Origin: Christensenellales bacterium
Lineage (GTDB): Bacteria; Bacillota; Clostridia; Christensenellales; CAG-138
DNA length: 64,000 nucleotides
Assembly (NCBI GenBank): GCA_045114775.1
Contig: JBGULC010000028.1
Location: 20,483 to 84,482, forward strand
Direction of reading: 5' to 3'
The notes beneath the pieces were generated by a model. That model ran no database searches. It had not been told where the DNA came from and saw nothing but the letters and a program-made list of their open reading frames with translations. Below are positions 32,236 through 40,119 of the stretch, piece after piece. The position numbers and the translations under genes were made by a program. Within the stretch, counting starts at the first letter, position 1; each line of letters opens with the position of its first letter.

Positions 32236-34032
32236 TTATTCTCTACTCCGGAATGGAATCCTTATGCCTGTTTTTTCAATTCTCCAAGATGCCATATCAC
32301 CTTTCATACCGATCCCGATGCTGCGAAAAAAACTTTCGGGCAGGTCCTTTGAACGCATTATGTTAAGCAGCGCGGCATCGGACGTTGCACTTCCCGCTTC
32401 ATTTTCCACTATGCAGCGATACTGCCTTCCGTTGAAATTGCCTGCCGCCGTAAAGGCAAATGCCGTTTTGTCATATCCTGCCGACTTACAGTAAACCCAT
32501 GTTTTACCGTTGTCGCTGCTGTACTGCCATCGGTACTGCAGCTCTGTGCCTACAGCCAATATCCGAAACTCTGCCGTGTCCCCAACGGAAACAGTCACAT
32601 TCTCCGGCTGTTCCGCGATCATGGGTGCAGCGCCGGAAACCGTCAACCTGGCAGCAGCCGACACCACCGAGCCGTAACTGTTTGTGATTCTGCAGCGATA
32701 TAGGCAGCCGTTGTTTGTACTGCTTCCCTTGACAGTAATACTTGTATTCGTCTTCCCCGACCACTTGACCCACGAGTCGCCGTTATTTCTGCTGTACTCC
32801 CATTGGTACTGCAAACCGGTTCCTCCGGCGACCGCAGTGAATGTCGCACACTTGCCCATATCTGCAGCCGCATCGGTCGGACTGCAAAGAAGCATAGGCT
32901 TCGCATTCGAAGCCGTCAGCCTCGCAGGCTCGCTCACGACGCTCCCGTATGCATTGGAAACCGTGCAGCGGTACAGACATCCGTTATTCGTATTGCTTGC
33001 CGTGACCGAAACGGACGCCTTTTCCCTGCCGTTCCAAACGGTCCAGCTCTCACCGTTGTTTTTGCTGTACTCCCACTGGTAATGCAATCCGGCGCCGCCC
33101 GCCGCAATCTTGAATGTGACTTCCTTTCCGAGCGCTGCAGAAACGTTTTTGGGCTGCATCAGCATTGTCGGCTTGCTGTTGGTCGTCGTCAGCCTCGCCG
33201 CTTTCGACACTTGCTTACCGATCGCAAACGTCACGATGCAGCGATACATACAGCCGTTGTTCGTTTCACTTGCCTTAACCGTAAGACTGTCATTCGTTTT
33301 CCCGCTCCACTTGACCCAGGAAGTTCCGTTATTCTTGCTGTACTCCCACTGATAACCCGCTGCGCCGACCGCGACGACCCGAAAAGTCGCCGTCTTCCCC
33401 AAGGCTGCACGAGCTGCGGTCGGATGCTCAGTGATCCGCGGCATGGCGTCGTCTATCACGTAAGCCGAAATATCCGTAGAAACCGATCGGCGCGTATAGG
33501 TTCCGTACCCGGTCTGATCGCTGCGTTTGACAGATTCCGCTTCAATATCGCCGTCGATCGAAACAGTCAGCTCCGTTCCGGTTGCAGCTTCCCGATCTAT
33601 GCGAAAATAAAAGGAAATCAAAGGCATACCGTCTTTGATGCGGCAGCCGTAATCGGTTGCAAAGAATACTCCGATTCTTCCGTTCCCGGAATTGTTTGCG
33701 TTGATCAGCAGCGTTCGTGTCCCGACATTTTGTCCGGATGCGTTCACTGCATATAGAGAACTCCCGCCGAGCGACTGCGAATCGGTCACGTATTCGAGCT
33801 GTTCCGGGTCAAACCCGAGTTCAAATGAAAGCGCTGTCAAAAGCTTACTGTCACTTACACCGTTCAAATACAGATCGACCTTCAGCGCTATTGCGTCGTC
33901 GATCTCCGCAAGGAATGCGCTTGCATTCCCGCCGGGAACCTTCAGTGTGAAGTCAGCTCCGGATGCCTCCGCTGCCGGAAGCAGTGAGAAAAGAAGAATC
34001 CAGATCAGGATCGCTGCAAGCGTTTTTTTCAT
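32236..34032 (-). CDS. secreted cohesin-like domain protein with four Ig (I-set-like) repeats (paralog)
   Basis: Signal peptide MKKTLAAILIWILLFSLLPAAEA. Cohesin-like N-domain (LSFELGFDPEQLEY...GRIGVFFAT...ISFYFRI). Four Ig repeats and a 40-aa unrelated tail. Start ATG 34032 behind AAGGAG. Confidence 0.65.
   Translation of the reverse strand: MKKTLAAILIWILLFSLLPAAEASGADFTLKVPGGNASAFLAEIDDAIALKVDLYLNGVSDSKLLTALSFELGFDPEQLEYVTDSQSLGGSSLYAVNASGQNVGTRTLLINANNSGNGRIGVFFATDYGCRIKDGMPLISFYFRIDREAATGTELTVSIDGDIEAESVKRSDQTGYGTYTRRSVSTDISAYVIDDAMPRITEHPTAARAALGKTATFRVVAVGAAGYQWEYSKNNGTSWVKWSGKTNDSLTVKASETNNGCMYRCIVTFAIGKQVSKAARLTTTNSKPTMLMQPKNVSAALGKEVTFKIAAGGAGLHYQWEYSKNNGESWTVWNGREKASVSVTASNTNNGCLYRCTVSNAYGSVVSEPARLTASNAKPMLLCSPTDAAADMGKCATFTAVAGGTGLQYQWEYSRNNGDSWVKWSGKTNTSITVKGSSTNNGCLYRCRITNSYGSVVSAAARLTVSGAAPMIAEQPENVTVSVGDTAEFRILAVGTELQYRWQYSSDNGKTWVYCKSAGYDKTAFAFTAAGNFNGRQYRCIVENEAGSATSDAALLNIMRSKDLPESFFRSIGIGMKGDMASWRIEKTGIRIPFRSRE
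32359..33444 (-). repeat. four tandem ~272-bp Ig-module coding repeats
   Basis: Same module as in 30150..31511. An antisense ...LLYSH ORF recurs at 32684 and 33110. Confidence 0.85.
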
Positions 34033-34171
34033 CAAGGTCAACTCCTTTTCCCCGGCAAACAGCGTCCGCCGACTGTACATAATTTCATATATTGCATTAT
34101 ATCATAGGATCCAATCGGATACAAGGAATTTCTTGCACGCGGGGCAAAAGAACGTCTGTGCCAGGTACAAG

Positions 34172-34199
34172 AGAAAAAACGCCCTTTTCATCAGGCGTT
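34172..34199 (-). terminator. terminator after PrsA-like gene A
   Basis: Minus strand: AACGCC-TGATGAAAAG-GGCGTT followed by TTTTCTC. Confidence 0.55.
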
Positions 34200-34228
34200 T
34201 TCTGCTTTGATATGGTTTATTGCGAGCT

Positions 34229-35443
34229 TTACCCAAGTCTGCCCTTATATTCGTAAAGTACGTCCTCATACCTTACATCGTCCAGCCATTTACTCCACAG
34301 CATACCGCGATAGGTCGCGATTGCTTTCTCACGGACGCCGGAATACCAGTCTATATCGATGATGCCGGATTCGCCATTTACGCACATATCGCCGTTTGCG
34401 CGACGAAACAAATATGCTGTGACCGTCGTATTGCCGTCGTCGTCGGTCACCGCCTGCCCGACAAAGGAATCGATCTCACCGACCTGAAGCGCAGTCGCTT
34501 TCGTGTAAACCATCTGTGGAGTGAACAGTTCCGAATGATCCGTTTCACCGATTGCATACGGTGTTTTCAGCGTGCCGCGAAACGGATCCGCATTCTCCTC
34601 CGAGTTCATGAGCTCGTCGAAATCGACTTTGCCTTCTTTGACCTTAAGAACGATTTCCTCTGCCTCCTCCGTCGATGCGGTGACGATCTCGATATAATCG
34701 ATAAAAATGAACCCCTCCGGCACGTAAAGCATCGGCGAATACGTCCCGGTTTGGAATCCTTTCAGATAATACCAGAACATGCCCGGCGTATAAACGGAAG
34801 TCTTCGTGCCGTCGTCAGATTCGGTGTACATCGACTGCTCGACGCTCTCACGATAGTACCGCTGCAGCGTTTCCTCATCGGGCGTGACGTTCTCGGCGTA
34901 ATACTGCTCAAGTTTTGTTCTGTAAAGCTCCGATTCTTCGCCCATGACGATCAGATCGCGGAGCTCCTCCTTCTGCATACCGAGGTTCTGATAATAGGTC
35001 GATACCAACAGGATATATGCCTGATCCGTATAATTGCCGGATTCGGTCAGTTGTGCGTGATACTGTTCCTCAACGCCGTCGACATATTCCTGCGCCGACT
35101 TCAGGCATGTCGCCTTCTCTTCCGCGGTCAGTACAATGCCGCGCGCCTGCGCCTCCTTGATGTAAATCTTCTGCAGCAGGACCTGTCTTGCAATGCTCTC
35201 CTGCAGCGCACGAAGGGTTTCTTCGCTCAGCTTGCTGTTTCCGTAATAACTGGCGAACATCTCAAATGTCGCCCGGTATTCCTTCATGGTAATCTGCACA
35301 CCGTCCGCGCTTGCCGCAATGACTTCCGTCTGTTCGTCCGCTTTTGCGGGCGGCTCCGTCGGAATGCAGCCTGCAAAGGCCGATGCAGCCAAAAGGATTG
35401 TCATAAGCACGGCGATCCCCGCCGTATGCCTTTTTTTCATCAT
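34229..35443 (-). CDS. PrsA/SurA-like foldase lipoprotein (SurA-N-like + degenerate parvulin region)
   Basis: Lipobox LLAASAFAGC. The YRATFEMFASYYG...ARQVLLQKIYIKEAQARGIVLTAEEK pattern matches SurA/PrsA N-domains. A later IEIVTASTEEAEEIVLKVKEGKVDFDELM resembles a parvulin start. Start ATG 35443. Confidence 0.55.
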   Translation of the reverse strand: MMKKRHTAGIAVLMTILLAASAFAGCIPTEPPAKADEQTEVIAASADGVQITMKEYRATFEMFASYYGNSKLSEETLRALQESIARQVLLQKIYIKEAQARGIVLTAEEKATCLKSAQEYVDGVEEQYHAQLTESGNYTDQAYILLVSTYYQNLGMQKEELRDLIVMGEESELYRTKLEQYYAENVTPDEETLQRYYRESVEQSMYTESDDGTKTSVYTPGMFWYYLKGFQTGTYSPMLYVPEGFIFIDYIEIVTASTEEAEEIVLKVKEGKVDFDELMNSEENADPFRGTLKTPYAIGETDHSELFTPQMVYTKATALQVGEIDSFVGQAVTDDDGNTTVTAYLFRRANGDMCVNGESGIIDIDWYSGVREKAIATYRGMLWSKWLDDVRYEDVLYEYKGRLG

Positions 35444-35550
35444 GCTATGATACTCCCTGATTTCATTGCCGTGCCGTCGTCCCTGTTTTGCGGACGACAT
35501 GCTCTTTTGTTTTATCATAGCGGCGAGTATTTGTCAACAAACCTCTCCGT

Positions 35551-35581
35551 ATGAAAAAGCGCCTTTCAAAAAAGGCGCTTT
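35551..35581 (-). terminator. terminator after PrsA-like gene B and the small ORF
   Basis: AAAGCGCCTT-TCAAAA-AAGGCGCTTT, a perfect 10-bp stem with a flanking T-run on the minus strand. Confidence 0.7.
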
Positions 35582-35592
35582 CATGCCTATGA

Positions 35593-35685
35593 TCAGGTTG
35601 CCAGACCGATGACCGCACCGACCACGCCGAGCAGCATCAATCCCGCAAGGATCCAACATACGATCCGGATCGTGCGTTGTTTCAT
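35593..35685 (-). CDS. candidate 30-aa hydrophobic peptide, ATGA-coupled to the upstream gene
   Basis: MKQRTIRIVCWILAGLMLLGVVGAVIGLAT. Its ATG overlaps the TGA of 35682..36947. GGAGGA lies 5 nt upstream, and the terminator starts ~10 nt after its stop. It is too short for the ORF track. Confidence 0.3.
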   Translation of the reverse strand: MKQRTIRIVCWILAGLMLLGVVGAVIGLAT

Positions 35686-36947
35686 CCGAGTCCTCCCTTA
35701 TAGTTGTAGATTGCGTCCTCATACTTGATGTCAGACAGCCAATCGTTCTGAAGGTCATTGAATTTTTCCGAGACGAACTCAGTCTTGACGGTCTCACGGA
35801 AATCAACGAAATAATCCATATCGATGATCCGCGCTTCCTTGTCCATAAAGATGCTTTCGCCGTCCGCGCGACGGAAAACGTACACTGTATAACTCTTCGT
35901 GCCGTCTTCGGCGGTCTTTTCATCGACAAAAGCGCCCATTGCGCCGATCTCAAGTTCAGCAGCCTTTGCATAGACCTCGTCCGATTCAAACAATTCCTTG
36001 TGATCCTTTTCCGCGATCGGATAGGGTCCGTTCAGTTTGTTCGCAAAGGGATCCTTGTTGTCCTCGGAGTTCTGAAGCTCTTCGAAATTAAGCTCACTCG
36101 AATTGATCTTATCAATGACCTCGTTGGCTTCTTCGGCCGTATTCTTCTCAAGCTGGACGAAATCAATGAAAATAAATCCTTCGGGCAGGTATAACATCGG
36201 TACATCGGCGTTAGTCCGGAACTTTTCAAGATACTCCCAGACCTGGCCGTCCGTGTACTTAAGTTCCTTTGTGCCATCCGCTTTCTCGTTGTACATCGCC
36301 GCCTCAGCCGCATCACGATAATACTTCTGAAGAGTCTCTTCGTCCGGCGTGTTTTTCTCCGTAAAAAGATCGCTGTATTTCTTCGCGTATAACTCCGCTT
36401 CCTCGCTCATCTGTATGAAATCCATATACTGGTTTCGATTCATGCCGAGATTCTTATAATACTCGGCTATCTGCTTGTCAAATTGCGTTTTTGAATACGA
36501 ACCCTGCTCGACCATCTGGTTCTTGAGCTGATTTTCCGTGGACTCGACGTACTCTTTTGCAGACTTTTCGCATTCCGCGATTTCATCTTTCGTCAGAGTG
36601 ATGCCCTGTGCCTTTGCCTCTTTGATGAAAATCTTCTGCAAAAGACCCTGCTTTGCAGAACTCTCCTGAAGCAACTTCATGGAATCGCCGGTTACCGTGA
36701 CTCCATAATACTTATAGATCTGTGCCTGTGAATCGAACGCCACGCGATACTCGCCCATGGTGACTTTCTCACCATCCGCCGTTGCCGCAGTCGCTTTTCT
36801 CTGGAAGCAGTTCATGCCTGCGCTGTCCTTCTGCAGTGTGACGCTCAGAAAGATCGCTGCTGCGATTACCAGTGCGACGAGAACGCCGATCAGAATGTTG
36901 CGGGTCAGTTTCTTCTTGCCTTGTTGGCTCATTGTCTTTTTGCTCAT
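35682..36947 (-). CDS. PrsA/SurA-like foldase, membrane-anchored (paralog of 34229..35443)
   Basis: N-terminal TM (ILIGVLVALVIAAAIFLSV). YRVAFDSQAQIYKYYG...AKQGLLQKIFIKEAKAQGITLTKDE. Colinear with the paralog through to the ...YNYKGGLG end. Confidence 0.55.
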   Translation of the reverse strand: MSKKTMSQQGKKKLTRNILIGVLVALVIAAAIFLSVTLQKDSAGMNCFQRKATAATADGEKVTMGEYRVAFDSQAQIYKYYGVTVTGDSMKLLQESSAKQGLLQKIFIKEAKAQGITLTKDEIAECEKSAKEYVESTENQLKNQMVEQGSYSKTQFDKQIAEYYKNLGMNRNQYMDFIQMSEEAELYAKKYSDLFTEKNTPDEETLQKYYRDAAEAAMYNEKADGTKELKYTDGQVWEYLEKFRTNADVPMLYLPEGFIFIDFVQLEKNTAEEANEVIDKINSSELNFEELQNSEDNKDPFANKLNGPYPIAEKDHKELFESDEVYAKAAELEIGAMGAFVDEKTAEDGTKSYTVYVFRRADGESIFMDKEARIIDMDYFVDFRETVKTEFVSEKFNDLQNDWLSDIKYEDAIYNYKGGLG

Positions 36948-37016
36948 TTGGTTCTCCTCATATTTCCGAATGGAATCTTTTGAATTTTACTCTTTTCCAC
37001 TACGCTTGTCAACCGT

Positions 37017-37880
37017 TTATTCAACCTCCCGCGCAGAAAGAAGACGCAAAAATGCCGCCATGCCGCCGGTCTTTCCTTTATCACGCCGATGCGAGTACAG
37101 CCGCTCGTCCTCAAACGTGCAAACGCCCATCAGGTGGATGTGCTCCGGAACGACGCCGCATTCCAGAAACTGCGCTGTCGCGACCTGCCAGAGATCGACC
37201 GTCGCACGGCCTCTTTGGTTCACGCCGCGAAGATCGCACTGCGGGAACGCGGTCTCGAAGCTCTCCGCAACATCGTCGCCGACCTCAAAGCATTTCGGAC
37301 AGATCGAAGGCCCGACGCCGCAGACGATATCCTTTGGGTCGGAGCCGATCGCCGTCTGCATCGTTCTGATGACCTCGGTGCCGATGCGGTCCAGCGCGCC
37401 GCGCCAGCCCGCGTGGCAGAGCCCGATCCCGTGTTTCACCGGATCGTAGAAATAGAACGCCATGCAGTCGGCATGTCCGGTGATCAGCGTGACCTCCGGG
37501 TCGTCGGTCACAAGCCCGTCGCAGAACGGGAGCGGCTCGCGGTCATAGCCCCTTCTGCAGTCGAAACGGTTCACGCAGAGCACCGTCGTGCCGTGCTCAT
37601 AGGTGTCCATGACCATGCTGTCCAGCGGGATATTCGCCGCGTCACAGAAGATGCGGTAGTTTTCCATCACGTTCTCACGCTGCTCCGGCCGCGTGAAGCT
37701 CAGGTTCAGCGAGGAAAAGCAACCCTCGGAGACGCCGCCGGTCCGCGCCGAAAAGCCGTGGTCGATCCCCGGGTACGCCGAAAACGCCGGGATCGTATAG
37801 ATACCGACGTTGTTTACTTCCCGATAGGCATGCGCGGGAACGATCGACCGAAAGATGCGGGTGAATTCTTCGCGCGTCAT
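37017..37880 (-). CDS. pgeF: peptidoglycan editing factor PgeF / YfiH (DUF152 laccase-domain) protein
   Basis: HGTTVLCV...TGHADCMAFYFYDP...GLCHAGWRGAL...CTFEDERLYSHRRD. Confidence 0.85.
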   Translation of the reverse strand: MTREEFTRIFRSIVPAHAYREVNNVGIYTIPAFSAYPGIDHGFSARTGGVSEGCFSSLNLSFTRPEQRENVMENYRIFCDAANIPLDSMVMDTYEHGTTVLCVNRFDCRRGYDREPLPFCDGLVTDDPEVTLITGHADCMAFYFYDPVKHGIGLCHAGWRGALDRIGTEVIRTMQTAIGSDPKDIVCGVGPSICPKCFEVGDDVAESFETAFPQCDLRGVNQRGRATVDLWQVATAQFLECGVVPEHIHLMGVCTFEDERLYSHRRDKGKTGGMAAFLRLLSAREVE

Positions 37881-38332
37881 TTTTCGTTCAGAAGCCGCTG
37901 CAGTTCCTGCAGGAAGGTCTGCGAATCCTTGAACTCGCGGTAGACCGACGCAAAGCGCACATATGCGACCTCGTCCACGTCGCGGAGCTTCTTCATGACC
38001 AGCTCGCCGATCGCTTCCGTCGAGACCTCGGAATCCAAAGAGTTATTGATCTCGCGGCAGATCTCGTCGACCAGACGGTTCTGCACGTCCGCGGGGATCG
38101 GGCGCTTTTCACACGCCTTGCGGATGCCGACCGCGACCTTCTCGCGCTCGAACGGCTCGCGCCGCCCGTCGCGCTTGACGACCATGACCGGATTCTCCTC
38201 GATGCGCTCCCAGGTCGTGAACCTGCGGCCGCAGCCGATGCACTCCCTTCGCCGACGGATCGCGCTGTAATCTTCATTCGGACGCGAGTCGATGACCTTG
38301 CTGTCCGTCCCTCCGCAATACCGGCACTTCAT
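37877..38332 (-). CDS. nrdR: transcriptional repressor NrdR
   Basis: MKCRYCGGTDSKVIDSRPNEDYSAIRRRRECIGCGRRFTTWERIE zinc ribbon plus an ATP-cone. Confidence 0.95.
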   Translation of the reverse strand: MKCRYCGGTDSKVIDSRPNEDYSAIRRRRECIGCGRRFTTWERIEENPVMVVKRDGRREPFEREKVAVGIRKACEKRPIPADVQNRLVDEICREINNSLDSEVSTEAIGELVMKKLRDVDEVAYVRFASVYREFKDSQTFLQELQRLLNEK

Positions 38333-38437
38333 AGGGCTGCCCTCCTTGTATTGATGCGATACTTATTTAGGATAGTATAGCACAGTACAAAAGAAACCCG
38401 AACCCGTCCGGACGCGAATTTACGGATTGTTCAGAAA

Positions 38438-38719
38438 TTACGGCAGCTCGACCAGGATCACGTCCTCGCCGAGCTTTTTGATCTTATTGAACGGGATCGC
38501 CATGCCCTCGCGGCCCTTCAAAAGCCCGAACATGCGCGAGCCGCCCGGCACGATGATCGCCCGCACCTCCCCCGCGCACGGATCAAACTCGAGATCGCTG
38601 ACGTTCCCGTAGCGCTCCCCCGTACAGATATTGATGACCTCCCTGCTCTTCAGTTCCGAAAACAGCATACGCGCTCCGCTCCTCTCTTTTCTGACTTGAA
38701 GTTCCGTCGTCGTTTCCAT
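38438..38719 (-). CDS. ylmC: YlmC/YmxH-family sporulation protein (PRC barrel)
   Basis: LKSREVINICTGERYGNVSDLEFDPCAGEVRAIIVPG...IPFNKIKKLGEDVILVEL. GGAGG lies 6 nt before ATG 38719. An alternative start is at 38668. Confidence 0.8.
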   Translation of the reverse strand: METTTELQVRKERSGARMLFSELKSREVINICTGERYGNVSDLEFDPCAGEVRAIIVPGGSRMFGLLKGREGMAIPFNKIKKLGEDVILVELP

Positions 38720-38828
38720 GGCAGACCTCCGTTTCCGTTACAGGATATGCGCGCTCCGTCCCGAAAAGAATCACATTTTTCCGACAGTTTTCATACGGTG
38801 ACAGTAAAGAACCAAGGAGGAATCTACG

Positions 38829-39107
38829 ATGCAACGATCTAATGCTGGCGGCGGGACCTGCTGTTTTACGGACCGCGTTCCCGCCGTCGATCCCACCACG
38901 GTCGATAACGTCGTGCCCGCGGGCGCCGTTTCCTCGGCGAATCCCTGCGGCATGCCGAGCGGCGGCAGCGGCTGCGCGCCGGCGACCGTTTATTTCCCGA
39001 CCCAGGTGTACCGCGCGGGCTTCTGCCCCTGCGAAGCGCTTGCGCACGGTACCCTTTTTCCGGAGCTCGTCTCCGATTATCCCACATGCCGGAACGGGGA
39101 GGTATAA
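38829..39107 (+). CDS. cotJA: spore coat-associated protein CotJA
   Basis: YFPTQVYRAGFCPCEALAHGTLFPELVSDY matches the CotJA C-terminal signature. AAGGAGG RBS. First gene of a cotJABC arrangement. Confidence 0.75.
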   Translation: MQRSNAGGGTCCFTDRVPAVDPTTVDNVVPAGAVSSANPCGMPSGGSGCAPATVYFPTQVYRAGFCPCEALAHGTLFPELVSDYPTCRNGEV

Positions 39108-39108
39108 G

Positions 39109-39360
39109 ATGACAAACTGCAATGAACAGGCGCTGCTTACGAAGATCGGCGAAGCGCGCTTCGCCTGCGTCGAGCTGCAGCTCTATCTCGACACCCACCC
39201 CGAGGACCTCGAGGCAAAGAACGACTTCAACAGCTACGCGGAAGCGCTGCAGCGCCTTTGCGCGGAATACACGGAAAGCTACGGACCGCTGGAAAACTTC
39301 GGCAACAGCACGCACGACGCGGGCAGCTGGGTCTACCAGAAGTGGCCGTGGCAGAACTGA
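39109..39360 (+). CDS. cotJB: spore coat protein CotJB
   Basis: MTNCNEQALLTKIGEARFACVELQLYLDTHPEDLEAKNDFNSY...WPWQN. Start ATG 39109 behind GGAGG. The track's longer ORF 38842..39360 is an upstream extension. Confidence 0.85.
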   Translation: MTNCNEQALLTKIGEARFACVELQLYLDTHPEDLEAKNDFNSYAEALQRLCAEYTESYGPLENFGNSTHDAGSWVYQKWPWQN

Positions 39361-39372
39361 GGAGGCAAGCTT

Positions 39373-39972
39373 ATGTGGATCTATGAAAAACGACTGGAAT
39401 ACCCCGTCCGCATCACCAAGCCCGACCCTAAAATGGCAAAGCTCCTGATGGCGCAGTACGGCGGACCTGATTCGGAGCTCGGCGCGGGGCTCCGCTACCT
39501 CACGCAGCGCTATTCGATGCCGGACGACCGCATCCGCGCGACTCTGACGGACATCGGCACCGAGGAAATCGCCCACTGGGAGATGATCGCGACGATGATC
39601 ACGCAGTGCATGCAGGGCGCAAGCCTCGAGGAACTCTCCGCCGCAGGGCTCGACGGCTACTATACGATGCACGGCACCGGCGTCTTCCCCGCCGACCCGA
39701 ACGGCGTGCCCTTTACCTCCGCCTATATCGCCTGCACCGGCGATCCGATCGCGGATCTATCCGAGGACATGGCGGCCGAGCAGAAGGCGCGGGCGACCTA
39801 TGAGCATCTGATGAACATGACGAACAACAGCCAGATCATCGAGCCGCTGTACTTTCTTCGCGAGCGCGAGATCGTACACTATCAGCGTTTCGGCGAGTGC
39901 CTCGAGATCATGCAGGCGATCAAGACCGGCCGCAGCGCTCCCTCCTGCCGCTGCACGAGACGGCGCTATTGA
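39373..39972 (+). CDS. cotJC: spore coat protein CotJC (manganese-catalase family)
   Basis: MWIYEKRLEYPVRITKPDPKMAKLLMAQYGGPDSELGAGLRYLTQRY...EEIAHWEMI. Confidence 0.9.
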   Translation: MWIYEKRLEYPVRITKPDPKMAKLLMAQYGGPDSELGAGLRYLTQRYSMPDDRIRATLTDIGTEEIAHWEMIATMITQCMQGASLEELSAAGLDGYYTMHGTGVFPADPNGVPFTSAYIACTGDPIADLSEDMAAEQKARATYEHLMNMTNNSQIIEPLYFLREREIVHYQRFGECLEIMQAIKTGRSAPSCRCTRRRY

Positions 39973-40119
39973 CCACTCCCCTTTCCGGGAACATGAAACG
40001 GGGCGAAGCCATTTGGCTTCGTCCCTTCGTTATATTTCACCGCAAGGCATTAAGTCGTGCGCTGCCTTTCTTTATTTCCGCTTCATATTCCTTCTCTCTG
40101 CGGAAACTGTGACACTTGG

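Noticed and set aside
38583-39672. Minus-strand ORFs 38583..39122 (179 aa) and 38866..39672 (268 aa) overlapping the cotJ operon.
   Set aside because: They are antisense to cotJA/B/C, which have strong RBSs and family signatures. Their translations are Arg-rich and low-complexity.
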